Shown: piece after piece, positions 12,262 to 25,072 of the stretch
Layout of the letters: every line of letters begins with the position of its first letter
Position numbering within the stretch: the first letter of the stretch is position 1
Assembly (NCBI GenBank): GCA_964016885.1
Contig: OZ024741.1
Span: 193,068,001 to 193,132,000 of the forward strand
Reading direction: 5' to 3'
DNA length: 64,000 bases
Origin: Eledone cirrhosa
Taxonomy: Eukaryota
Made by a program: the position numbers and the translations under genes
The notes under the pieces: model-generated
What the model saw: only the letters and a program-made list of their open reading frames with translations
The model's database searches: none
What the model was told of the DNA's origin: nothing

Positions 12262-13120
12262 TGTGTGTGTTTATGTGTGTGTGTTTATGTGTGTGTGTGT
12301 GTGTTACTTATGCGAGCGACGACAGAAAAGTGTGGGGGATACATACATTATTATATTTGTCTGTATTTTCGTTCTGCAACCATTATATTATGATATTTGT
12401 ATGCAAATGATTTTAGATGTATGTATTACCTCCTTGCCCATCCCTCTGTTTCTCTTTCCCTGTCTCTCTCTCCTCTCTCCCCTCTCTCTCTCTTTAGATG
12501 TGTGTGTGTGTGTAGTTTTCCTAATCTGTCTCTTTCACTCTCTGTCTCTCTAAGAGGGTTGCCTTTTGAAGTATGTATTACCTGCTGTCATATAGAGAGT
12601 GAAGAGAGACAGAGAGTAAAGCAGTTAAATTATAGAGAGGGTGAAAGAGAGAGAGAGAGAGAGAGAGAGACGACGCTCAGCATTATTAGAGAGTGAAGAG
12701 CGACAGAGAGAGTAAAGCAATTAAATTATAGAGAGGGGGAATGATCTATTATAGAGAGAAGGAAGAGCGACAGAGAGAGTAAAGGTAAGAAACTATAGGG
12801 AGGTGTGTAGGATACATACGTGTTGACCGAATTTACATACGAGTAAAAGAGTGTTGTCATATAGAGTGTGAAGAGAGACAGAGAGTAAAGCAGTTAAATT
12901 ACAGAGAACGTGAAAGAGGGAGAAAGAGAGAGAGAGAGAGACGACGTTCAGCTTTATAATATTAGAGAGTGAAGAGCGACAGAGAGAGTAAAGCAGTTAA
13001 ATTATAGAGAGGGGGAATGATCTATTATAGAGAGAGAAAAGAGCGACGAGAGAGTAAAGCTAAGAAACTATAGGGAGGCGTGTAGGATACACACGACACT
13101 CAGCTTTATAATATTATAGA
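11565..13120 (-). mobile_element. non-autonomous Helitron carrying microsatellites and internal tandem repeats
   Basis: 5' TCTATAATATTATAAAG; 3' hairpin CCGGTAG-CC-TGCCGG followed by ..CATCTAG; inserted between A and T with no TSD; shares a ~70-bp module with the Helitron at 43438-43622. Confidence 0.85.
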
Positions 13121-13175
13121 TATATAATAAGAAAATGCAAAGTAGTTCCAGATGTTAAAGTCCTTTAATGATAAT

Positions 13176-13250
13176 GCTGTGATACATATTTCATTGACGA
13201 CAGTGGCGACACTCTTCGGAGTACCCAGTGCCGTGACATCTTCAGACAGC
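13176..13250 (-). ncRNA. type I hammerhead ribozyme in a solo pLTR (~13125-13355)
   Basis: Stem I GCTGT/ACAGC; CTGAAGA; stem II with ACGGCA/TGTCGT and inner ACTC-cgaa-GAGT; GAAA; stem III ATATGTAT; triplet AUC. Confidence 0.8.
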
Positions 13251-13364
13251 TTCTTACATAATGTGGTTATGTTCCCGAGGTACTCCAAATTGAATTGAGA
13301 AGGGAACGGACAAAGCATGTGACCTCCGGCCGTTTTGACAGCTACCACACGCTCTTTGTTGTTT

Positions 13365-13421
<57 letters not shown>

Positions 13422-13422
13422 T

Positions 13423-14030
13423 TTGTTTGTGTATGGTTGTTGTTGTTATTCCATTCGTTCTCTCTGTTCAACTGTTCAACTCTGAACAGAAAGAACGAAT
13501 GGAATAACAACAACAACCATACCCAAACAAACAATACTGACCTAAGGGAAATATAAATAAATAAATAAATATATACACAAGTACATTAACAACAAACACA
13601 TATAGACAGACATTAGTGAACAAAGATAGAATACAAAAACGAATACACACAAACACGAACACACACACCAAACAGGAAACACACACGCAAAACGCATGCG
13701 CAAACAAAGACTGAGACAAGAATAAATAACGAATTAAAATAAAATAAAAATGGCGTAGGCATTACAAACAATGCCACAAGAGGAAACATAATAGTACCAC
13801 TGATGATGTCACAGATGTGCGACGAAAGAACTTTGATAGACTTTATATATATATATTTATATCTGTATTTTTAACCGTTGGTCAAACATTGATTGCCAAA
13901 TAAAATAACTATGGAGATATAAAAGATACAGAAGCGAAAACTAACCCAACCCAAACAGTGAGGGTGTTCTATTATTATTTCTGGCAATATTATAACAATA
14001 TGACCCTTCCCAAATATAACAATATATATT
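13423..14030 (+). mobile_element. 3' end/pLTR of a Naiad-like PLE with short 5' fold-back
   Basis: Encodes endonuclease terminus LNRKNEW; homologous to ~49130-49680 and to 5220-5320 (reverse); inverted arms 13423-13470/13483-13532. Confidence 0.75.
13792..13842 (+). ncRNA. type I hammerhead (stem I partly decayed)
   Basis: CTGATGA 13800-13806; T-GTC-ACA..GTGC-GAC stem II; GAAA 13824-13827; minimal stem III A-G-aa-C-T; triplet CUU. Confidence 0.65.
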
Positions 14031-14122
14031 CCTAACGATCGACTTTCGTCAAATCGGACCGAGGAAACAGTGTTTCCATTGGTCTTTCCAATTGCTAATA
14101 CTATCTATCGGTCGCAACTCCA

Positions 14123-14250
14123 GGTAGAAGGAGCAACGTGAAATAAAGTGTCTTGCTCAAGGACATAACGCATCGCTCGGTCCAGGAATCGAACTCACAA
14201 CTTCACGATTGCGAATCCAGTTCTCTAACCACTCAGCCACACGCCTTCAC
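14123..14250 (-). mobile_element. tRNA-derived SINE head plus CORE-like segment, 3'-truncated (second SINE family)
   Basis: A box TGGCTGAGTGGTTAG, B box GTTCGATTCC, then TGTCCTTGAGCAAGACACTTTATTTCAC. Confidence 0.8.
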
Positions 14251-14457
14251 AAATACATGGTAAATTGGCGTGTATCTTCCTAGATACTCAGAGTTTCCTG
14301 AAGCAGCGATAAAATCAGCTTGCTTCCGGAAAACCCGAACACATAAGAAAGTATACCCCAATTTGTCATATATATTACATAATATTCTACATTTTCCTCT
14401 GTTTACATATAGTGGTCTCTTACTTTAGTGATTACAACCCCACATTCAGGCAACAAT

Positions 14458-15115
<658 letters not shown>

Positions 15116-16254
15116 GCCTCGAAAAAATAATGACAAATCACCTTCAACAGAAATAGTACGTATAAAAATAACAACAACAATATCAATATCAATCACAGGA
15201 ACAGCAGCAATTGTGCATTAAGAATAACAACAGCAGCACGCAATCGCGGAAACATTATATGAAACATGGATAATAATGACGTATTTTACTATTCTGAAAA
15301 AAACAAACAAACAAAAAACATCTTCTTAAGTGTTTATAATCATCTTTTAATTTATTTCCTTTCCTTTTATTTTATATTATTATATTTTGTACTCAATTGC
15401 GTTGGTCTAATCGATCTAATCGGCTAGTTTTAAAGTAGACAGTTTAACGAACATTTATAATCATTTAATACTTATGTTTATTTGTATTATTATATTCTTG
15501 TCTTCTTGCATTCATATATTCTTTCTTCATATTTATTGTTTTTAGATATTTCAGTTCTTATATTTATTCCAGAAAGTTTCTACCCCTTTCATTTTCTATT
15601 GACTTCCAATTCATTCTTCGCTAATAAATAATGAATAATGGCTATTTAAACACATTTACTTTCAATAAATTCTACTCTTAAGATTTTTAACAGATTTTCG
15701 CATAGATATTTGGAGTAGGTCTTTTTACTACCAACCTGTATGTCTGTTTGTCCCATTAGAAAACAAGGAAGGTTGTTGTTTTTGTAAGACTTAGCTACGT
15801 GAGAAAGTGAATGTCTATCACCTTTTTCAGAGTCCGTGAGACTGATGAGGAAAAGGTAGGTGGTTATCCTTAGAGAAGAGACCTGCACTAAATGTTTCCA
15901 ATAGAGTAAATTCCAGAAAAGCCGTCTTGGGTCAGGTGGCGATGTTATACTGTACAGTGAATTATGTCTCCTGTAAAAGATCTTATGACGAGCTTCCACC
16001 AAATTTCCTAGTTTCCATCTACCATATTTCACTCACAAAGTGTTGGTCTACTCGAGGATATGGAGAACATATTTGTTGACGGTGCTGCACAATGAGATTG
16101 AAAGAACCGACATAATGACGAAGTAAATATTTTAATGACAATGTTAAGCATACTGCAACAATTTTCTTAATGAATTGTTGAAATTGTAATTTTTTGCGCA
16201 CAACTTTAGCCTTTCTTATGAGTTTTTGGTTGAAGAAAAGTCACAAGTAAAAAG

Positions 16255-16690
16255 ATTCTTCTTCTTCTTCTTTGTCCACTTATTCATGGGGGGATCGTTG
16301 GGGCAGAGTCCTCAAACACGCCTTCCAGCGGGTCATGTCAGAAGCAACTATTTCCAGTTGATCTGGCTGGATCCCCAAGCAAGACCAGCAGAGCCCATGA
16401 ATGTTATCCAACCATTTTGCTCAGGGTCTACCGCAGGGCCTCCTGCTGGCTGGTTTTGCCTGTGAAAACTCTCCAGCGATTCTTTCCTTAGACATCTTAA
16501 TATATATCCGTAGTATCTGAGCTGTGATCTCTCATTTTAGAGAAGTAGCGGCTCTATTGGAGCGACACTCTGATCTCTGAGCTACGTACACTATCGAACC
16601 TTAGGGGATCCCCAGTTCGGGGATTCATGATCGTATCTTTTGGTCACTACCTAAGATCCATAGCCATTAGTAACGGTTGGCACAAATACC
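16255..16690 (-). mobile_element. 3' fragment of an RTE-clade LINE with (AAG)n tail
   Basis: Minus strand encodes KPASRRPCGRP*AKWLDNI (RTE C-terminal GRRPRGRP..W.D motif); (TTC)n at ~16257-16272. Confidence 0.65.
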
Positions 16691-17323
16691 GTAGCATTAC
16701 TTCGTTGTTACAATAAAGCTTAGTGATACGAGCGCTTCCTTCAAATCCTACTGAAACTTCCAGTCGCCTCAATATTTCTGGATTTTCTTTGTGTTACGCT
16801 CATACGTTGATCTTTTGCATTGTCCTTGTAAAAGATACAAACAACAGGATGCAACTTGTAGGTGGTCTTCAGTGATGCAGCCGCTTTGCTTTCTTAGTGT
16901 TTTAACAAAAATATTCAGATTGGTTATGCCGTCAGATATACTCTGCAAAGAATAGCATGCATATTACCAGACAGAGAAGCCGAGGAACAGCCAGACAGAC
17001 AAGCAGATAGATCGATAGAGAGATAGAGAGATAAATAGATAGATAGCTGGATAGATAGATAAATATATATGTTCAAGAACATAGAAAACCAGAGGAAGAG
17101 ACACGCATATTCACAACTAATCACAAACACACATACTTATGACACATTAATGCAATGTCTTTGCGAATGAATGGGTATTCAGTGATCATAACTAGTTAAT
17201 AATATCGTTAGGTGGTCTCTAACTCTTATAAATGTATTGTTATATGATACGATATAATTATGCACAAACACACATACACATACACATACTTACACACTCA
17301 AATAAATACACACACACACACAC

Positions 17324-17356
<33 letters not shown>

Positions 17357-17359
17357 ATA

Positions 17360-17458
17360 CAGGGTGTCCCAAAAAATGTAAACACACATCAACAGCATTC
17401 TAATAAATATTGCCTGTACAGGTAATCAAAGTGTGTATACATGTTTTGGGACACCCTG
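17360..17458. mobile_element. 99-bp Tc1/mariner-type MITE
   Basis: 28-bp TIR CAGGGTGTCCCAAAA(A/C)ATGTA(A/T)ACACAC with TA on both flanks. Confidence 0.9.
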
Positions 17459-17499
17459 TAAATATATTGTTATGCATGAGGATGCCAGAATTGGCATTA

Positions 17500-19500
17500 A
17501 AAAAACGTTCCATATGATTTAATTTGTTTAGTTTGTCAAGGTTCTTTTGTCACACATTCTGAGACCTCAACGACTATTTGCTCCCTGTTGTGCCTCATCT
17601 TCTTTCTAGTCTTAATCTGTTACTCCATCTTGTCTTTTTTGTTATGTTTTTCGTGATTCGTGTCTGCGCCTGCACATCCATTTTTGCGTGTTGGTATAGC
17701 AATGTTAGGCTTCTCTTCTCCTTTAGTTCTAGCCAGTATTCCTTTATTATCTACTCTATGCTACGGGCGTATGTATGTTGTATTGTTTCTGCACCATCCC
17801 TCTGTATATCTTATCCTATAGACTGCATTTCTAGATTTGCAGCTTAGCTGTGGGCTTGCATTACAGACTATACAGTTTCTATCTGTACAAAGTGTTTTCT
17901 TAATGGCGTATGTTCTACTTATCAGGAATTTTATGAGAAATCCTGGTTTTTCTACTTTAATCCTTAGATTCCGATTGTCTAAAGCTCTTCTAAAACGATA
18001 CGCTAACTCGCCGCTAGTGATAGCATCGACAAACATGACTCTGGTATTTTCGGCTCTCATACAATGAGTTGGCCTTCCCGATTTTCCTTTTTTATGTTAT
18101 TCCATTATTTGCTCCTGCATAGTGGGCAAATACCATTCGCATCATTCTCCATAATTGTTTTGAATTTAGCCATGAATTCTTTGTACTACCTGATCCTGTC
18201 TCTTTTATGGTAACCAGAGAACTCATGAAGTGTTGTATGTGTTTCATTAACTCTGTTGGATCGTACATGCGGGTCATGTTTCTCATCACCCTTATTAGAT
18301 CTGCTATCAAGATATTGAACTTAGCACTATCTGAGATAGCTGAGCTCCGGTAGATCAGGTACTAGGAGGTCATAGGATTGGTGTAATGTGAAGGGAAAAT
18401 TTGGACCTAATCGTTCTTAGTTTCCAGCCAGAGTTCTGTGTGGAACACAGGTAATTTGTGGTTATGGTGCTTAATGGGGTGGTTTACCGTTACCGTAATG
18501 TGTTAGTGGATGGAGTTGGCTATTTGCTGGGTGTTTTCAAAAGTGTTAGCTTCTATTTCTGGTTCATGGGTACTGTCTCCTGAGCGTGTTTTTTACCACT
18601 ATCATCAGCATCGCGAGAGTACATGGCCATAGAGTTCTCAACTATGCGTTCCTTGAGTCTCCCATGCAACCACAGCATGAACAGATTAGCCACATCATCA
18701 GAGATACGGGCACCAATTTTCGCTCCCTCTTCTCGAGTGAAGGATTTATAATTGGACTTAAACACATGGCCCTTTAAAGTAGTTTTAATACTTGCTCCGA
18801 CCGCATGTCGATCATTCTTCTCACATGATCGTGTGTTTCGGGGATCCGTATGGCTCTCATCCATACACCCTATCTTTCCATGGGGGTAATTTTGGCCATA
18901 GATGTAAGGGTAAGTCTAACCCTTACAGGTCTACTGGGGCAAAAACAGCTACGGTTTTATTGGTCTAGGTATTCTCTGTCACAGGTAAGTCTAAAGAGGG
19001 GGTCTAGGTCCTCAGTGTCAACCCCTCGGAACTCCACATTGCTCTCGCTAATCATCTCCATGAATTTCTCCACAGTAGAATCAACGTCGATGGGGGGGGG
19101 GGGTATTAGTATACCACATCGTCGATGACTATTATGCAGTTTGTCACGTAGTGGATGTGGGTTGCATTTGTTGATTTTGATGAGGAGGTCCTCCACGTTG
19201 TCAAACACGTCTGAGGACATCTTGATTATGAGGGATATGATTATGAAGAGGATGTAGGAGATACTCTAACTACTGGTGGTATTTGCTCCGCACACAAATC
19301 TTGTTGTTGGTTGTGCCACAGGATCGGTGTTTATTTTATGATCCTTGCGGAGTTCACATAACGCTGGGATGTCATTATTTAAGGTTTGGAAATTGTTCGC
19401 CGTACGCTTCCTTGGTCCTAGAATGTTAGACCACATCATCATGTGAGTGTTAAGGACCTTCTCTCTCTCCTCATGTGCTTGTGGAGTTGTTTCCCCCGTG
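17500..19500 (-). mobile_element. decayed Naiad-like PLE (RT + GIY-YIG), copy 1
   Basis: PALCELRKDHK..TRFVCGA; EGAKIGARISDDVANLFMLW; YSRDADD; linker CTDRNCIVC..CKSRNAVYRI; degenerate hammerhead at ~17525-17580. Confidence 0.8.
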
Positions 19501-19994
19501 TAAACACAAATGGAATTGTTACAGATTTTTAAAAAACGAGACCCAAACAGTGAAAGATACAAGCCCACTATAAAACACACATAGACATGACAAACACAAA
19601 GGCACGCGCTCACACATTCAGTCCTTGACTTGGACAGCTTACGTGCACGCACACCCGCGCATTCTAATAGTTCCAGAAGCAACTCCTGCATTGTTACTGT
19701 CCGATGCCCATTAGACCTTCCTACCTTTCAAAGCTTTGTACAGACAAACACACACATACATACGCACACACGCTCACACACATGCACAGACACATACTCA
19801 GATATGTTATCACAAACTATACTATGATTTTCTCCGTTTTTAAAAATGCCATATATATAAAATACATTCTGAACCGCAACTTTAAGACTCTGTTCCTACT
19901 AAATGCAGCGTTAAACTAATATACATTGTACGTTATAGTTCTAATATTTTAAAACAAAAACACAAGAGTTAAAATATCCCGATTTCTTAGACAT

Positions 19995-20200
19995 CAATTT
20001 TTATTTATCATGTGTCTTGATCATGTCCTACACATTTCAATTGACAAAATTAAAGAGCTTCATTCTAGAAGAATCCACATCACCACCTCCTTCAGACACA
20101 ACGATTATAGATGTGAACTACGATGATGATATCATTCTCTTTGCAGAAACCATATTAGACGAACTGCAGAAGATTTGACGAACTGCAGAAGATTTGAAAA
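19995..20200 (+). mobile_element. short RT fragment of an RTE/RTE-X-like LINE (duplicate at ~24445-24640)
   Basis: FLFIMCLDHVLHISIDKIKE ... TIIDVNYDDDIILFAET (decayed YADD region). Confidence 0.55.
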
Positions 20201-20373
20201 TCTAAGAGTTGGGGTCGATAGGTCTACTAAATCAAGATGGTGTAATATCAGGGCCGCAGTTTACTGTCTGAACCAAAATAAAATCTCTCTCTCTATATAT
20301 ATATATAGAGAATAAAAGTACTTGAGTGCATTAGAGTCAAACACACTAGTCGTATTAGAGAAATGACAGTATA

Positions 20374-20447
<74 letters not shown>

Positions 20448-20757
20448 AAGAATTAGCTTTTAAAGAATTTCCCTTTTCTTTAAATCCATCAACCATGACC
20501 GACCCCAACGATCTTATAGACACCTGAAATATAGGCATTGTTAGCTTAAGAGAAACTTAAAAATAAAGAGTGGCACCCCATTCTGAACTTGTTTATAGAA
20601 TTATTTCTGCCTTTGTCACTCTAAATATAAATTATAGACTTAAAGAATTAGCCTTTAATAAATTTCCTTTCTATCAACCAATGACCTCAAGCCATTCCAC
20701 TCCCCACCCTCTCCTACCACCTGAAAAGAGCTATAAATACAACATTTATTTATGGAA

Positions 20758-20812
20758 AGCCAGATTCCTGTTGATTTCTGAAGAATGAAACAGTTCTAGT
20801 CCTGTAGAATCT
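20758..20812 (+). ncRNA. degenerate hammerhead-like motif (family of 49891-50030 and ~5120-5210)
   Basis: CTGTTGA-tttctgaagaat-GAAA-cagttc-TA-gtcctg; core and stems mutated. Confidence 0.3.
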
Positions 20813-21156
20813 CACCTATATTTAAATTAAATATATATATATATGTTTTTAGCCTAAGAAAATACCTATATGCGTGTATAAATAATACATGCATATATTT
20901 ATTTTTTTATATCCAATTGAGTTCTTCACGCATGGTTAAAATTATTGAAAGAATTAATTGACCCGCGTGCATATTATTTTATTATTTTATGTTTTGCGAT
21001 GACCTCCCCTTTCCGCTTGATGGCAGTGTGAGATTTCTCATTGTGAGACTGCTGGAATTTCAAATTTGGCGGTCATTCTAGCACGGAGGGGTACCATCGC
21101 TGAACATTAATATCGGTAAGGTTTTTTTTATTTTTTATATCGATATTTGTCGGACA

Positions 21157-21278
21157 TCCACTAATGATTTATAAGTGCCCACCTACATATGTTCCTACGG
21201 ACTAAGTGTAGGCTTCTACACAACCTGGACATTATTTTCCCAATTTGTAGAAAACTTATAATGAAACGATCGTTTGGA
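21157..21278 (+). ncRNA. hammerhead with ~95-nt stem II domain and G5A core mutation, in solo pLTR (~20900-21460)
   Basis: Stem I TCCA/TGGA; CTAATGA; stem II TTATAAG/CTTATAA; GAAA 21263-21266; palindromic stem III ACGATCGT; triplet GUU. Confidence 0.6.
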
Positions 21279-21456
21279 AAGAGAGATGTATTTTAATTAT
21301 GTCTCATAAAATAATACAAGTGGCTTTCCGCAAAATACGTATAGTTAGCACCCCAAACGTATAATTGGGATTATACTAAGGTATATCCTAATGTTTGTTG
21401 AGTGAGACGGAAGCCGGTCGGAGTATTGCTTAAAGATTTCTCTGTTAATGTATTAA

Positions 21457-21543
<87 letters not shown>

Positions 21544-21642
21544 CAGGGTGTCCCAAAAAATGTAAACACACATCAACAGCATTCTAATAAATATTGCCTG
21601 TACAGGTAATCAAAGTGTGTATACATGTTTTGGGACACCCTG
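21544..21642. mobile_element. 99-bp Tc1/mariner-type MITE (duplicate)
   Basis: Appears identical to 17360-17458; TA flanks. Confidence 0.9.
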
Positions 21643-21689
21643 TATATATATTGTTATCCATGAGGATGCCAGTATTGGCAATAAAAAAA

Positions 21690-23935
21690 CGTTCCATATG
21701 ATTTAATTTGTTTAGTTCGTTAAGCTTCTTTTGTCACACATTCTGAGACCTCAACGACTATTTGCTCCCTTTTGTGCCTCATCTTTCTTGTCTTAATCTG
21801 TTACACCATCTTGTCTTTTTTGGTATGTTTTTCGTGATTCGTGTCTGCGCCTCCACCTTCAGCTGTGCGCGTGTTTATTTCAGTTTGTCCTGTTATGTGT
21901 GTGTGTTTGTATTTTCGTGTCTTTTTTATCCTGTTCTGTATTTACTAGTTACGTTCCGGGATGTTATTATTCTATTCGGTCAGGCTAGTGATATCCTCTA
22001 TTATATAAGTGGTCTCCAATTTGCCTGAGTGTTGCACCAGTTCTATTTGTGGATAGGATCGTTATTTCTATGTTATCTCTTGAGACCCCATGTTCCATTT
22101 TGGCGTGTTGGTATAGCAATGTTAAGCTTCTCTTCTCTTTTAGTTCTAGCCAGTATTCCTTTATTATCTCCTTTATGCTACGGGCTGTCTCTCATATGTA
22201 TGTTGTATTGTTTCTGCACCATCCCTCTGTATATCTTATCCTATAGACTGCATTTCTAGATTTGCAGGTTAGCTGTGGGCTTCCCTTACAGACTATACAG
22301 TTTCTATCTGTACAAAGTGTTTTCTTAATGGGGTATGTTCTACTTATCCGGAATTTTATGAGAACTCCTGGTTTTTCTACTTTAATCCTTAGATTCCGAT
22401 TGTCTAAAACTCTTCTAAAACGATAAGCTAACTCGCCGCTAGTGATAGCATCGACAAACATGACTCTCTGATATTTTCAGCTCTCATACAATGAGTTGGA
22501 CTTCCCAATTTTCCTTTTTATGTTATTCCATTATTTGCTCCTGCATAGTGGGCAAATACCATTCGCATCATTCTCCATAATTGTTTTGAATTTAGCCATG
22601 AATTCTTTGTACTACCTGATCCTGTCTCTTTTATGGTAACCAGAGAACTCATGAAGTGTTGTATGTGTTTCATTAACTCTGTTGGATCGTACATGCGGGT
22701 CATGTTTCTCATCACCCTTATTAGATCTGCTATCAAGATATTGAACTTAGCACTATCTGAGATAGCTGAGCTCCGGTAGATCAGGTACTAGGAGGTCATA
22801 GGATTGGTGTAATGTGAAGGGAAAATTTGGACCTAATCATTCTTAGTTTCCAGCCAGAGTTCTGTGTGGAACACAGGTAATTTGTGGTTATGGTGCTTAA
22901 TGGGGTGGTTTACCGTTACCGTAATGTGCTAGTGGATGGAGTTGGCTATTTGCTGGGTGTTTTCAAAAGTGTTAGCTTCTATTTCTGGTTCATGGGTACT
23001 GTCTCCTGAGCGTGTTTTTTACCACTATCATCAGCATCGCGAGAGTACATGGCCATAGAGTTCTCAACTATGCGTTCCTTGAGTCTCCCATGCCACCACA
23101 GCATGAACAGATTAGCCACATCATCAGAGATACGGACACCAATTTTCGCTCCCTCTTCTCGAGTGAAGGATTTATAATTGGACTTAAACACATGGCCCTT
23201 TAAAGTAGTTTTAATACTTGCTCCGACCGCATGTCGATTATTCTTCTCACATGATCGTGTGTTTCGGGGATCCGTATAGCTCTCATCCATACACCCTATC
23301 TTTCCATGGGGGTAATTTTGTCCACAGATGTAAGGGTAAGTCTAACCCTTACAGGTCTACTGGGGCAAAAACAGCTACGGTTTTATTGGTCTAGGTATTC
23401 TCTGTCACAGGTAAGTCTAAAGAGGGGGTCTAGGTCCTCAGTGTCAACCCCTCGGAACTCCACATTGCTCTCGCTAATCATCTCCACGAATTTCTCCACA
23501 GTAGAATCAACGTCGATGGGCGGGGGGGGGGGGGGGGTATTAGTATACCACATCGTCGATGACTATTATGCAGTTTGTCACGTAGTGGATGTGGGTTGCA
23601 TTTGTTGATTTTGATGAGGAGGTCCTCCACGTTGTCAAACACGTCTGAGGACATCTTGATTATGAGGGATATGATTATGAAGAGGATGTAGGAGATACTC
23701 TAACTACTGGTGGTATTTGCTCCGCACACAAATCTTGTTGTTGGTTGTGCCACAGGATCGGTGTTTATTTTATGATCCTTGCGGAGTTCACATAACGCTG
23801 GGATGTCATTATTTAAGGTTTGGAAATTGTTGGCCGTACGCTTCCTTGGTCCTAGAATGTTAGACCACATCATCATGTGAGTGTTAAGGATCTCCTCTCT
23901 CTCCTCATGTGCTTGCGGAGTTGTTTCCCCCGTGA
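21690..23935 (-). mobile_element. decayed Naiad-like PLE, copy 2
   Basis: Same motifs and same lesions as 17500-19500; retains more of the GIY-YIG domain and 3'UTR. Confidence 0.8.
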
Positions 23936-24729
23936 AAACACAAATGGAATTGTTACAGATTTTTAAAAAACGAGACCCAAACAGTGAAAGATACAAGCCC
24001 ACTATAAAACACACATATACATGACAAACACAAAGACACGCGCGCACACATTCATTCCTTGACTTGGACAGCTTACGTGCATGCACACCTGCGCATTCTA
24101 ACAGTTCCAGAAGCAACTCCTGCATTGTTACTGTCCGATGCCCATTAGACCTTCCTACCTTTCAAAGCTTTGTACAGACAAACACACACATACATACGCA
24201 CACACGCTCACACACATGCACAGACACATACTCACATATGTTATCACAAACTATACTATGATTTTCTCCGTTTTTAAAAATGCCATATATATAAAATACA
24301 TTCTGAACCGCAACGTTAAGACTCTGTTCCTACTAAATGCAGCGTTAAACTAATTTATATATATATATACATTGTACGTTATAGTTCTAATATTTTAAAA
24401 CAAAAATACAAGAGTTAAAATATCCCGATTTCTTAGACATCAATTTTTATTTATCATGTGTCTTGATCATGTCCTACACATTTCAATTGATAAAATTAAA
24501 GAGCTTCATTCTAGAAGAATCCACATCACCACCTCCTTCAGACACAACGATTATAGATGTGAACTACGATGATGATATCATTTTCTTTGCAGAAACCATA
24601 TTAGAAGATTCTACATAATTTTGACGAACTGCAGAAGATTTGAAAATCTAAGAGTTGGGGTCGATAGGTCTACTAAATCAAGATGGTGTAATATCTTGGC
24701 CGCAGTTTACTGACCGAAACAAAATAAAA

Positions 24730-24811
<82 letters not shown>

Positions 24812-25072
24812 AATTGGTGCTCTGAAATAGCGATATATATATGAATGTATATACAGTGTATTTTGCAATACACTGTATGCTTAATTAAAAGCATTTTGAA
24901 GACCTTACGCTATTGTTTTAAGATAGTGACAATGTCACTTATTTAAATTTTCAGCAAACAGGGGGAGATAACAGAGCTCTGTTTCGTACTTTTTGGTACT
25001 TATCAAAGCTCACAACTCTCCTGCTTGCTTAAAATTATGTATGTTGGATTCTTATAGAATTCTAGTATTAAT

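Larger units (their letters stand above)
17325..20310. repeat. segmental direct duplication, copy 1
   Basis: Colinear and highly similar to 21480-24750; this copy lacks ~240 bp near 17672; both ends lie in microsatellites. Confidence 0.95.
21480..24750. repeat. segmental direct duplication, copy 2
   Basis: Same order of MITE, Naiad-like PLE, RT fragment and SINE-like tail as 17325-20310. Confidence 0.95.

Noticed and set aside
12580-13090. CRISPR-like repeat array
   Set aside because: Repeats are long degenerate tandem modules inside a Helitron, with no unique equal-length spacers and no cas genes, in eukaryotic context
14170-14250. tRNA gene
   Set aside because: A and B boxes are present but the acceptor stem does not close and the sequence continues into a SINE body; called as a SINE head
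15842-15860. CTGATGAGGAAA hammerhead-like string
   Set aside because: Only 1 nt between the core halves, and no stem I or stem III pairing
15646-16201. 128-aa and 60-aa ORFs in non-repetitive sequence
   Set aside because: No recognisable motif in any frame examined and no splice-site support
17760-17900. Selenocysteine (in-frame TGA) at conserved Cys of Naiad-like endonucleases, as reported for some Naiads
   Set aside because: Linker and endonuclease Cys positions in the copies at ~17.8, ~22.3 and ~48.8 kb are ordinary codons, and no SECIS-like hairpin was recognised
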